DNA of 64,000 nucleotides, taken from contig JAHDBW010000001.1 of NCBI GenBank assembly GCA_020630175.1, forward strand, positions 52,465-116,464, in the 5' to 3' direction. The notes beneath the pieces are model-generated. The model ran no database searches, was not told the DNA's origin, and worked only from the letters and a program-made list of their open reading frames with translations. The stretch comes from Anaerolineales bacterium (lineage in GTDB: Bacteria > Chloroflexota > Anaerolineae > Anaerolineales > UBA6668). This document shows positions 56,087 through 64,000 of the stretch, piece after piece; within the stretch, counting starts at the first letter, position 1; the number at the start of each line of letters is the position of its first letter. The translations under genes and the position numbers were made by a program.

Positions 56087-58165
56087 ATGTCTAACGCGAA
56101 AACAAAAATGAACAAGGTGCGCAACATTGGGATTATTGCCCATGTTGACGCAGGTAAAACGACAACCAGTGAGCGTATTCTGTATTACACAGGTAAAACG
56201 CATCGCATCGGTAGTGTTGATGATGGCACGACCGTAACAGACTGGATGGACCAAGAGCGCGAACGTGGTATCACGATTGTGTCTGCTGCGATTACAGCTG
56301 AGTGGGACGGCCACGTTATCAATATTATTGATACGCCGGGTCACATTGACTTTACTGCTGAAGTACAACGCTGTTTGCGTGTTCTTGATGGCGGTATTGT
56401 TGTGTTTGACGCTGTACAAGGTGTTGAACCGCAATCAGAAACTGTCTGGCGTCAATCAGATGGCTACAAAGTTCCTCGGATCTGTTTCATCAACAAGATG
56501 GACCGGGTAGGGGCGGACTTTGACCGCGCTGTACAAATGATTGCAGATCGCTTGGGTGCTAACCCAGTGAAAATGCAGCTGCCAATGGGCGCTGAAGATC
56601 TGTTTGCTGGTGTTGTTGACTTGCTGACTATGCAAGCAATCACTTGGCAAGACAAACTCGGTGCGCAACGTGAGTACAGTGACATTCCAGCTGAATTGAT
56701 GGAAGCTGCACAAGCCGCACGTTCAGAAATGATTGAAAAGATTTCTGAAACCGATGACGACTTGATGGAAATGTACCTCGAAGGTGAAGAGCCAACGCTA
56801 GAGCAACTGAAGGTTGCATTGCGTAAGGCTTGTATCGCTAACGATATCAATCCAGTTTTCTGTGGTACTGCGCTAAAGAACAAAGGTGTTCAGCCAGTTC
56901 TTGATGCAGTCATCGACTACTTGCCTTCTCCACTAGACGTTCCTGCTGTAAAAGGAACAATCCCACGCACTGAAGATGAAATCGAACGTAAGCCGAGTGA
57001 CAATGAGCCACTAGCTGCGCTTGCATTCAAGCTTGTGACTGATCCATACATGGGTAAGTTGACATACTTCCGCGTGTACTCTGGTGTGATTGAACAAGGT
57101 ACTCGTATTGAAAATACCTCTAAGGGTAAGAAAGAACGGGTAGGGCGCTTGATCCGCATGTATGCTGACCGCCGTGAAGAAGTGAAGAGCGTTGGTGCAG
57201 GCGATATCGCTGCTGTACTTGGCTTCAAGCACACCTTCACCGGTGATACGCTGTCAGACTCAGACAATCAAATTGTCTTGGAAAGCATCGACTTCCCAGA
57301 ACCAGTAATTTCAATTTCTGTTGAGCCAAAAAGCTCAAGCGACTTGGACAAGATGGGTGAAGCTCTGCACAAGCTTGCAGAAGAAGATCCTACATTCAAA
57401 GTTGAATCTGATGAATCAGGTCAAACCATTATTTCAGGGATGGGTGAACTTCACCTTGAAATTCTTGTTGACCGCATGATGCGTGAATTCAATGTGCAAG
57501 CAAACATCGGTACACCACGCGTGTCTTACCGTGAAGCGATGACAAAGGCTGTTGAAAAAGTAGACTTGCGCTACAAGAAACAATCTGGTGGTCGCGGTCA
57601 GTTTGCGCACGTTACATTGAGCATGGAGCCAGGTGAACCAGGTACAGGCATCACGTTTGAAAACAAGATTGTCGGTGGTTCAATTCCTCGTGAATTTATT
57701 CCATCAGTAGAATCTGGTGCGCGTGCTGCTGCAGAATCTGGCGTTTTGGCTGGGTATCCAGTAACTGACGTCGCGATTGTTCTTTATGATGGCTCATACC
57801 ATGATGTTGACTCAAGCCAAATGGCATTTGAGTTGGCTGGGTCAATGGCTTTCAAAGACGGTTTCAAACGCGGTAAGCCAGTTTTGCAAGAACCAATGAT
57901 GAAGCTTGATGTCACGATCCCAGAAGAATATTTGGGTGACATTATGGGTGACTTGAGCTCACGCCGTGGCAATATTGCGGGGATGACCCAAATGGGTAAC
58001 GCGCAAGTTGTTCAGGCGATTGCACCTCTTTCTGAGATGTTCGGTTACTCAAGTGACTTGCGCTCTCGGACACAAGGTCGCGGTGTGTTTACCATGGAAT
58101 TTGACTCATACGGTGAAGTTCCACGCAACATTGCTGACGAAATCTTGAAAGGTAGCAATAGCTAG
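56087..58165 (+). CDS. fusA: Elongation factor G
   Basis: 692 aa with [29 protein letters not shown] and NKMDR. Confidence 0.98.
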   Translation: MSNAKTKMNKVRNIGIIAHVDAGKTTTSERILYYTGKTHRIGSVDDGTTVTDWMDQERERGITIVSAAITAEWDGHVINIIDTPGHIDFTAEVQRCLRVLDGGIVVFDAVQGVEPQSETVWRQSDGYKVPRICFINKMDRVGADFDRAVQMIADRLGANPVKMQLPMGAEDLFAGVVDLLTMQAITWQDKLGAQREYSDIPAELMEAAQAARSEMIEKISETDDDLMEMYLEGEEPTLEQLKVALRKACIANDINPVFCGTALKNKGVQPVLDAVIDYLPSPLDVPAVKGTIPRTEDEIERKPSDNEPLAALAFKLVTDPYMGKLTYFRVYSGVIEQGTRIENTSKGKKERVGRLIRMYADRREEVKSVGAGDIAAVLGFKHTFTGDTLSDSDNQIVLESIDFPEPVISISVEPKSSSDLDKMGEALHKLAEEDPTFKVESDESGQTIISGMGELHLEILVDRMMREFNVQANIGTPRVSYREAMTKAVEKVDLRYKKQSGGRGQFAHVTLSMEPGEPGTGITFENKIVGGSIPREFIPSVESGARAAAESGVLAGYPVTDVAIVLYDGSYHDVDSSQMAFELAGSMAFKDGFKRGKPVLQEPMMKLDVTIPEEYLGDIMGDLSSRRGNIAGMTQMGNAQVVQAIAPLSEMFGYSSDLRSRTQGRGVFTMEFDSYGEVPRNIADEILKGSNS

Positions 58166-58195
58166 GCGTTTCTGCGCTTCTTAGGGTAAAGAATC

Positions 58196-59395
58196 ATGGC
58201 AAAAGAAACATTCGACAGAAGTAAGCCGCATGTAAACATCGGCACAATGGGTCACGTCGATCACGGTAAGACCACATTGACCGCTGCGATTACAAAATTC
58301 CTTTCAATTGAACCGGGCTGTTCAGCAAACTTCCAAGCATTTGATCAAATTGACAATGCGCCAGAAGAACGCGCGCGTGGGATCACGATTGCTATTTCTC
58401 ACGTTGAGTATGAAACAGCTGATCGTCACTATGCTCACGTCGATATGCCGGGTCACCGCGACTACATCAAGAATATGATTTCTGGTGCTGCGCAAATTGA
58501 CGGTGCAATCCTAGTGGTTAGCGCTCCAGACGGCCCAATGCCGCAAACGCGTGAACACGTGTTGTTGGCACGCCAAGTTGAAGTTCCTTACATTGTTGTC
58601 TTCATGAACAAAGTAGACATGATGGACGACGAAGAACTCCTTGAGCTAGTCGAAATGGAACTGCGCGAACTGCTAGACAGCTACGATTTCCCTGGCGATG
58701 ATACGCCAGTGGTAATGGGGTCTGCATTGAAGGCGCTAGAAGCAGATGATCCTAGTGACGCTGCTTATGCACCAATTCGTGAATTGATGGCGCAAGTTGA
58801 TGCGTACATTCCGACGCCGGAACGTGACATCGATAAGCCATTCATGATGCCAGTTGAAGATGTGTTCAGCATCAAAGGTCGCGGTACAGTTGTAACCGGT
58901 CGGATCGAACGTGGCATTATCAAAGTTGGCGAAGAAATTGCGATTATTGGTCTGAAAGACACAACGAAGACCACAGTTACCGGTGTTGAAATGTTCCACA
59001 AAAGCTTAGACCAAGGTCAAGCTGGTGACAACGCAGGTATCTTGCTTCGCGGGACCAAACGTGAAGAAATTCAACGCGGACAAGTGTTGGCAAAGCCTGA
59101 CAGCATCACGCCACACACAAAGTTCGTTGCTGAAGTATATATTTTGACCAAAGATGAAGGCGGACGTCATAAAGCCTTCTTCAAAGGATATCGCCCGCAG
59201 TTCTACATCCGTACATTGGATGTGACTGGTGCGATTGAGTTGCCGGATGGTGTTGACATGGTCATGCCTGGTGACAACGTTGAGATGACTGTTGAATTGA
59301 TCGCTCCAGTAGCGCTCGAACAAGGGTCTAAATTCGCTATCCGTGAAGGCGGTCTAACCGTCGGCGCAGGTATTATCACCAAGATTTTGGCATAA
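58196..59395 (+). CDS. tuf: Elongation factor Tu
   Basis: 399 aa with [17 protein letters not shown], and the domain 2/3 motifs [13 protein letters not shown] and [13 protein letters not shown]. Confidence 0.98.
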   Translation: MAKETFDRSKPHVNIGTMGHVDHGKTTLTAAITKFLSIEPGCSANFQAFDQIDNAPEERARGITIAISHVEYETADRHYAHVDMPGHRDYIKNMISGAAQIDGAILVVSAPDGPMPQTREHVLLARQVEVPYIVVFMNKVDMMDDEELLELVEMELRELLDSYDFPGDDTPVVMGSALKALEADDPSDAAYAPIRELMAQVDAYIPTPERDIDKPFMMPVEDVFSIKGRGTVVTGRIERGIIKVGEEIAIIGLKDTTKTTVTGVEMFHKSLDQGQAGDNAGILLRGTKREEIQRGQVLAKPDSITPHTKFVAEVYILTKDEGGRHKAFFKGYRPQFYIRTLDVTGAIELPDGVDMVMPGDNVEMTVELIAPVALEQGSKFAIREGGLTVGAGIITKILA

Positions 59396-59399
59396 AAGC

Positions 59400-59708
59400 A
59401 TGGCTAAGCAAAAAATTCGCATCCGACTCAAAGCTTACGATCACCGCGTGTTGGATCAATCCGCACGCCGTATTGTCAGTACCGCAGAACGCACAGGCGC
59501 TAAAGTTGTAGGTCCGGTTCCACTGCCGACCAAACTAGAACGCTATACCGTTCGCCGCAGTACATTTATTGACAAAGACTCTCACGAACACTTTGAAATC
59601 CGTACCCACAAACGTTTGATCGATGTTGTGGATCCGGACTCAAAAACAATTGACACCCTCATGCGGTTAAATCTGCCTGCAGGTGTTGATATTGAAATCA
59701 AACTCTAG
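59400..59708 (+). CDS. rpsJ: 30S ribosomal protein S10
   Basis: 102 aa with [15 protein letters not shown] and PLPT. It starts 4 nt after tuf. Confidence 0.98.
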   Translation: MAKQKIRIRLKAYDHRVLDQSARRIVSTAERTGAKVVGPVPLPTKLERYTVRRSTFIDKDSHEHFEIRTHKRLIDVVDPDSKTIDTLMRLNLPAGVDIEIKL

Positions 59709-59789
59709 GAAAGGCGGCTGTGGCATTCAATTTGTATTGAGTGTCTTACTGCGCCAGCCAATGGTTTAGCACTAAGCTGGAGATACTAA

Positions 59790-60419
59790 ATGAAAAATCT
59801 TTTAGGAAAAAAACTAGGGATGACTCAACTCTTTGACGAAGATGGCGTTGTTACGCCAGTCACCGTCATTGAAGCTGGTCCTTGCTTTGTCTCACAAATC
59901 AAAAATAAAGACAAAGATGGTTATCAAGCTGTTCAACTCGCATATGACGAGACAAAAGAACAACGGTTAACCGCAGGCCAGAAGGGTCACCTAAAACGCG
60001 CGGAACTAGGCAACATGCGTTACCTACGTGAATTCCGTGTGAATGGCGACGTATCAGTCGCTGAAGGCGATGCCTTGAATGCTGATGTTTTCGAAGTTGG
60101 CGATTTTGTCGACGTCGTAGGCGTAAGTAAAGGTAAAGGCTTCCAGGGTGGGATGAAACGCCACGGTTTTAGCGGCGCTCAAATCACTCACGGTCAGTCA
60201 GATCGCGCACGTGCACCAGGTTCAATTGGTCAGTGTGCAACCCCAGGTCGCGTACTTAAAGGCACTCGTATGTCTGGGCGCATGGGCACCGATCGCGTGA
60301 CTGTTCAGAACTTGCGCATTATGCTGGCAGATGCCGAGCGCAACTTAATCGCTGTGAAAGGTAGCATTCCAGGAGCAAAAGGCTCTTTGATTGTGATCAA
60401 GGAAGCAGTAAAAAAGTAA
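59790..60419 (+). CDS. rplC: 50S ribosomal protein L3
   Basis: 209 aa with LLGKKLGMTQLF and KGKGFQGGMKRHGF. Confidence 0.97.
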   Translation: MKNLLGKKLGMTQLFDEDGVVTPVTVIEAGPCFVSQIKNKDKDGYQAVQLAYDETKEQRLTAGQKGHLKRAELGNMRYLREFRVNGDVSVAEGDALNADVFEVGDFVDVVGVSKGKGFQGGMKRHGFSGAQITHGQSDRARAPGSIGQCATPGRVLKGTRMSGRMGTDRVTVQNLRIMLADAERNLIAVKGSIPGAKGSLIVIKEAVKK

Positions 60420-60446
60420 TCTGGCAGTAATGCTGAGAGTGCAAAA

Positions 60447-61073
60447 ATGAAAGTTGACGTAAAAAATAGTAAAGGTGCAACAGTCGATCAAGTCGACTTG
60501 CCAGAAGATATCTTCGATGCACCGATAAATAAAGATTTGATGCACCAAGCGCTGCTTCGCCAATTGGCAAACGCACGTTTAGGGACGCATAAAACAAAAT
60601 CACGTGGTGAAGTTCGCGGTGGTGGTGCAAAGCCATGGCGCCAAAAGGGCACAGGTCGTGCTCGTGCTGGTAGCCGCCGTTCACCAATCTTTGCGAAGGG
60701 TGGTAAGGTGCATACCCCACGCCCACGCAGTTATAACCAAGACATGCCACGCAAAATGCGCCGCGCAGCTCTACGTTCTGCATTGACCGTAAAAGCTGGT
60801 GACATCATCGTGCTAGACGCTTCAAGTGTTGATAGCCCGAAGACAAAGTCTGCGGTTGAAATGTTGGCAGCATTGGGTGCTAATAACGGGAAGACGTTGG
60901 TCCTAACCGATAACAGCAACGAAAATTTGAAAAAATCAGTGAGCAACTTGGAAAAAGCCAATTACTTGCACGCTGGTTACCTAAACATCCGTGATCTGCT
61001 CAACAGCGATCAAATCGTGATGTCACTGGATGCTTTGAATGTGATCCAGTCTTATCTGGGGTTGGAGGCTTAA
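60447..61073 (+). CDS. rplD: 50S ribosomal protein L4
   Basis: 208 aa with [21 protein letters not shown]. Confidence 0.97.
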   Translation: MKVDVKNSKGATVDQVDLPEDIFDAPINKDLMHQALLRQLANARLGTHKTKSRGEVRGGGAKPWRQKGTGRARAGSRRSPIFAKGGKVHTPRPRSYNQDMPRKMRRAALRSALTVKAGDIIVLDASSVDSPKTKSAVEMLAALGANNGKTLVLTDNSNENLKKSVSNLEKANYLHAGYLNIRDLLNSDQIVMSLDALNVIQSYLGLEA

Positions 61074-61074
61074 C

Positions 61075-61377
61075 ATGTTGACAGTATATGACGTGCTCCG
61101 TAGGCCGCTAATTACGGAAAAGGCTAACTTTCAAAACGGTAAATTCAATCAATATGCATTCGTTGTTGATGTGCGCGCTAACAAGACGCAAATCAAAGAA
61201 GCATTGAAAGAATTGTTCGGCGTGGATGCTGTCAAAGTAACCACTAGCCGCATGCCTGCGAAAACAACACGTTCACGTGCAAGCCGCAAGACAGTTGTGC
61301 GCAAGCCAGAATATAAGAAGGCGTTGGTTTGGTTGGCTGAAGGCCAAACAATTGCTGAATTTGAAGGGGTGAAGTAA
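61075..61377 (+). CDS. rplW: 50S ribosomal protein L23
   Basis: 100 aa with [12 protein letters not shown] and [15 protein letters not shown]. Confidence 0.96.
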   Translation: MLTVYDVLRRPLITEKANFQNGKFNQYAFVVDVRANKTQIKEALKELFGVDAVKVTTSRMPAKTTRSRASRKTVVRKPEYKKALVWLAEGQTIAEFEGVK

Positions 61378-62213
61378 TGCCTATTAAAGTTTATAAGCCA
61401 ACTTCACCTGGCCGCCGTAACATGTCAGGGTATACCTTTGAAGAAATTACAACTTCAAAGCCGTTGAAAAGCCTGCTCGTTTCAAAAGGCAATCGCGCTG
61501 GTCGTAACCACCAAGGTCGCATTACGGTGCGCCATCGCGGTGGTGGCTCACGCCGACACTATCGGATTATTGACTTCAAACGCAACAAGTTTGACGTTCC
61601 AGCAAAGGTCGCGACGATTGAATACGATCCAAATCGCACCTGCCGCATCGCTTTGCTGCATTATGCAGACGGCGAAAAGCGCTACATCATCGCACCAGTT
61701 GGTTTGAAAGTTGGTGATGTTGTAGAAGCTGGCAAGAGTGTTGAAGTTCGCCCTGGTAATACATTGCCATTGGCTAACATTCCACTCGGTACGCAAATTC
61801 ACAACATTGAAATGCAACCAGGGAAGGGCGGTCAGATTGCTCGCTCAGCTGGCGTTGCAGCGCAATTGGTTGCAAAAGAAGGCGATTACGCACAAGTTCG
61901 CTTGCCATCTGGCGAGGTTCGCTTAATCCTCATGCGCTGTCTGGCCACTATTGGTTCAGTTGGCAACATGGAACATCAAAACATCAAGCTTGGTAAAGCA
62001 GGTCGCAAGCGCCACATGGGTATTCGCCCTACGGTTCGCGGGTCTGCGATGAACCCGAACGATCACCCACATGGTGGTGGTGAAGGTCGCCAAGGTGTTG
62101 GTATGAAGCATCCAAAAACCCCATGGGGTCGCAGTGCTCTCGGTACCAAAACACGTCGCAACAAGACGTCCGACAAGTACATCGTGCGCGGTCGCGGTAA
62201 GAAGCGTCGGTAG
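61377..62213 (+). CDS. rplB: 50S ribosomal protein L2
   Basis: 278 aa with KPTSPGRR and [17 protein letters not shown]. It has a TAATG overlap with rplW. Confidence 0.98.
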   Translation: MPIKVYKPTSPGRRNMSGYTFEEITTSKPLKSLLVSKGNRAGRNHQGRITVRHRGGGSRRHYRIIDFKRNKFDVPAKVATIEYDPNRTCRIALLHYADGEKRYIIAPVGLKVGDVVEAGKSVEVRPGNTLPLANIPLGTQIHNIEMQPGKGGQIARSAGVAAQLVAKEGDYAQVRLPSGEVRLILMRCLATIGSVGNMEHQNIKLGKAGRKRHMGIRPTVRGSAMNPNDHPHGGGEGRQGVGMKHPKTPWGRSALGTKTRRNKTSDKYIVRGRGKKRR

Positions 62214-62223
62214 GAGATAAACG

Positions 62224-62496
62224 ATGAGTAGATCACTAAAGAAAGGTCCGTTCGTCCAACCCAAGCTTCTTGCGAAGATTGAAAAGATGAACGAAAAGGG
62301 CGAAAAGCGCGCGATCCGCACTTGGAGCCGCTCCAGCACTGTCTTTCCACAGATGGTTGGTCACACGATTGGCGTCCACGATGGCCGCCGTCACGTTCCA
62401 ATCTATATTACGGAAAACATGGTTGGACACAAGTTGGGCGAATTCGCACCAACACGCACCTACCGCGGTCATGATGGCCGTTCAAAGGTACGCTAG
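62224..62496 (+). CDS. rpsS: 30S ribosomal protein S19
   Basis: 90 aa with SRSLKKGPF and [24 protein letters not shown]. Confidence 0.98.
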   Translation: MSRSLKKGPFVQPKLLAKIEKMNEKGEKRAIRTWSRSSTVFPQMVGHTIGVHDGRRHVPIYITENMVGHKLGEFAPTRTYRGHDGRSKVR

Positions 62497-62507
62497 AGGA
62501 TAATCAG

Positions 62508-62879
62508 ATGGAAGAACAAACTCTGGTAAAAGCCTCAGCGAACCGCCTGCATGGTTCAGTACAAAAAGTGCGCTTGGTTATTGATCAAGTTCGCGGTCGC
62601 TCTGCGATTGAAGCGCTTACAATGCTTGACTTCATGCCTCAAGATTCTGCTAAAGACGTTGCAAAACTTTTGCGCTCTGCAATTGCAAACGCTGAAGAAA
62701 ACAACGATTTAGATGCTGAAGATCTGTATGTACATACAATCTTCGCTAATGAAGGCCCAACCAAATTAGGCAAACGCTTCAAATTTGGTGCTCGTGGTCG
62801 CGTAAAGCCAATCCGTCGCCGCATGTCTCATGTTTCGGTGATGTTAGCGTCATACGACGACTTGGAACGAGGTAACTAA
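62508..62879 (+). CDS. rplV: 50S ribosomal protein L22
   Basis: 123 aa with KVRLVIDQVRGRS and the L22 beta-hairpin segment. Confidence 0.95.
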   Translation: MEEQTLVKASANRLHGSVQKVRLVIDQVRGRSAIEALTMLDFMPQDSAKDVAKLLRSAIANAEENNDLDAEDLYVHTIFANEGPTKLGKRFKFGARGRVKPIRRRMSHVSVMLASYDDLERGN

Positions 62880-63545
62880 ATGGGTCGTAAAGTACATCCG
62901 ATAGGATTTCGTCTGAAGATTGTGAAGGACTGGGAAGCCCGCTGGTTTGCAGAAGGCACCAAGTACACTGATCAACTTCATGAAGATTTCGCAATTCGTA
63001 AGACGGTTTTTGATGTAAACCCACGGGCATCAATTTCTAAAGTAGAAATTGAACGTTTCCCGAACTTGGTGCACATCACAATTCACACTGCAAAGCCTGG
63101 CATCGTTATCGGTCGCCGTGGTGCGCAAGTAAAAGAATTGCGGAGCCGTTTGGAAAAATTATGCGGTACGCCAATCAAGGTCGATGTTGAAGAAATCGAA
63201 AACCCTGATACAGCTGCAAAATTGGTCGCCGACAACGTCGCTGGTCAATTAGAACGCCGCATTGGTCACAACCGGGCAATGAAACGCGCTATCCAACAAT
63301 CCATGCGTAATGGTGCTAAAGGCATCAAGATTATGGTTGCTGGGCGTTTGAACGGTTCTGACATGGGTCGTCGTGAATGGATGCGTGACGGGCGGGTGCC
63401 TCTGCAAACGCTTCGTGCTGACATTGACTACGCTCATTCTGAAGCAACCACAACCTATGGCAAAATTGGCGTCAAGGTTTGGATTTATCGCGGTGATGTC
63501 TTAACAGACGAGCCAGCCGCAACTGACGTTTACGTCAGCGAGTAA
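62880..63545 (+). CDS. rpsC: 30S ribosomal protein S3
   Basis: 221 aa with MGRKVHPIGFRL, GIVIGRRG (KH domain) and GRLNGSDMGRREW. Confidence 0.98.
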   Translation: MGRKVHPIGFRLKIVKDWEARWFAEGTKYTDQLHEDFAIRKTVFDVNPRASISKVEIERFPNLVHITIHTAKPGIVIGRRGAQVKELRSRLEKLCGTPIKVDVEEIENPDTAAKLVADNVAGQLERRIGHNRAMKRAIQQSMRNGAKGIKIMVAGRLNGSDMGRREWMRDGRVPLQTLRADIDYAHSEATTTYGKIGVKVWIYRGDVLTDEPAATDVYVSE

Positions 63546-63586
63546 AGCTTCGCTTTGCTTGTTATATTGTTGAGAGGTAAGCTGTT

Positions 63587-64000
63587 ATGTTGATGCCAAA
63601 ACGCGTCAAGTATCGTAAACAACAGCGTGGCCGGATGCGCGGTAAAGCGCTTCGCGGTTCCCAAATCAACTTTGGTGATTTCGCTATTCAAGCAACGTCA
63701 CCGGGTTGGGTTACGGCTCGTCAAATTGAAGCTGCGCGTCGTGCACTCGTTCGCTATATGAAGCGCCGCGGTAAAGTGTACATTCGCATTTTCCCTGACA
63801 AGCCAGTAACAAAACGCGCTGCTGAAACCCGTATGGGTAAAGGTAAGGGGTCTGTAGATCGATGGGTAGCTGTCGTAAAACCAGGCCGCATTTTGATGGA
63901 AATTTCTGGTGTGCCAGAAGATATTGCTCGTGAAGGCATGCGCCTTGCGATGCATAAGTTCCCAGTAAAAACGCAATTCCGCTCTCGCTTTGAGTTCGGG
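63587..64000 (+). CDS. rplP: 50S ribosomal protein L16, 3'-truncated by the window edge
   Basis: The frame starts at ATG 63587 and reads [21 protein letters not shown]...RMGKGKG. There is no stop before the window ends. It is absent from the ORF track for that reason. Confidence 0.95.
   Translation, partial: MLMPKRVKYRKQQRGRMRGKALRGSQINFGDFAIQATSPGWVTARQIEAARRALVRYMKRRGKVYIRIFPDKPVTKRAAETRMGKGKGSVDRWVAVVKPGRILMEISGVPEDIAREGMRLAMHKFPVKTQFRSRFEFG

Overview
This is a contiguous bacterial chromosomal segment with about 58 protein-coding genes on both strands. I recognised no rRNA, tRNA, CRISPR array, transposase, integrase or prophage core. Gene content suggests a Chloroflexota-like organism: a multi-GAF histidine kinase, zinc-ribbon/LysM envelope proteins, a membrane H+/Na+-pyrophosphatase, a short archaeal-type PurA, and a TPR protein carrying PDWL motifs. 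That taxonomic call is inference only.

Layout:
- 1-10.3 kb: housekeeping and envelope genes (KBL/BioF-family tail, rlmI-like, LysM lipoprotein, 1314-aa GAF/PAS kinase, FmdB-like, DUF4446, eno).
- 10.4-20.8 kb: accessory-looking genes (beta-lactamase-fold hydrolase, SAM methyltransferase, GyrI-like, enolase-superfamily enzyme, APH-fold kinase, zinc-ribbon membrane protein, radC, M23-glycosidase fusion, FecR/CBM-like membrane protein with a HEAT-repeat partner).
- 21-37 kb: rseP, pucR-proBA, purA-like, LysM/zinc-ribbon protein, HD protein, AI-2E transporter, a secreted glycosidase, a tight DUF218-thioesterase-CYTH-receiver operon, rsfS and ndk.
- 37-50.8 kb: a 1339-aa TPR/acidic repeat protein behind an HDAC-like deacetylase, hppA, a GldA/F/G-like ABC system with a DUF4340-like protein, sigA and an SDR.
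- 51-64 kb: rpoB followed directly by rpsL-rpsG-fusA-tuf and the S10 operon (rpsJ to a 3'-truncated rplP).

I did not find a self-contained, clearly novel system such as a defence island, RT-based element or biosynthetic cluster. The strongest leads are:
- The giant TPR protein with a roughly 1000-aa acidic region carrying nine [P/A]-[D/E/S]-W-L motifs, in an apparent unit with a deacetylase and ndk.
- rpoB uncoupled from rpoC and rplKAJL.
- A near-consensus promoter plus a 14-bp hairpin forming a candidate leader or small RNA in front of rpsL.
- rsfS, whose conserved N-terminal half has no canonical start codon.
- The CYTH-receiver operon.

All functional calls rest on motifs read by eye. No database search was possible.
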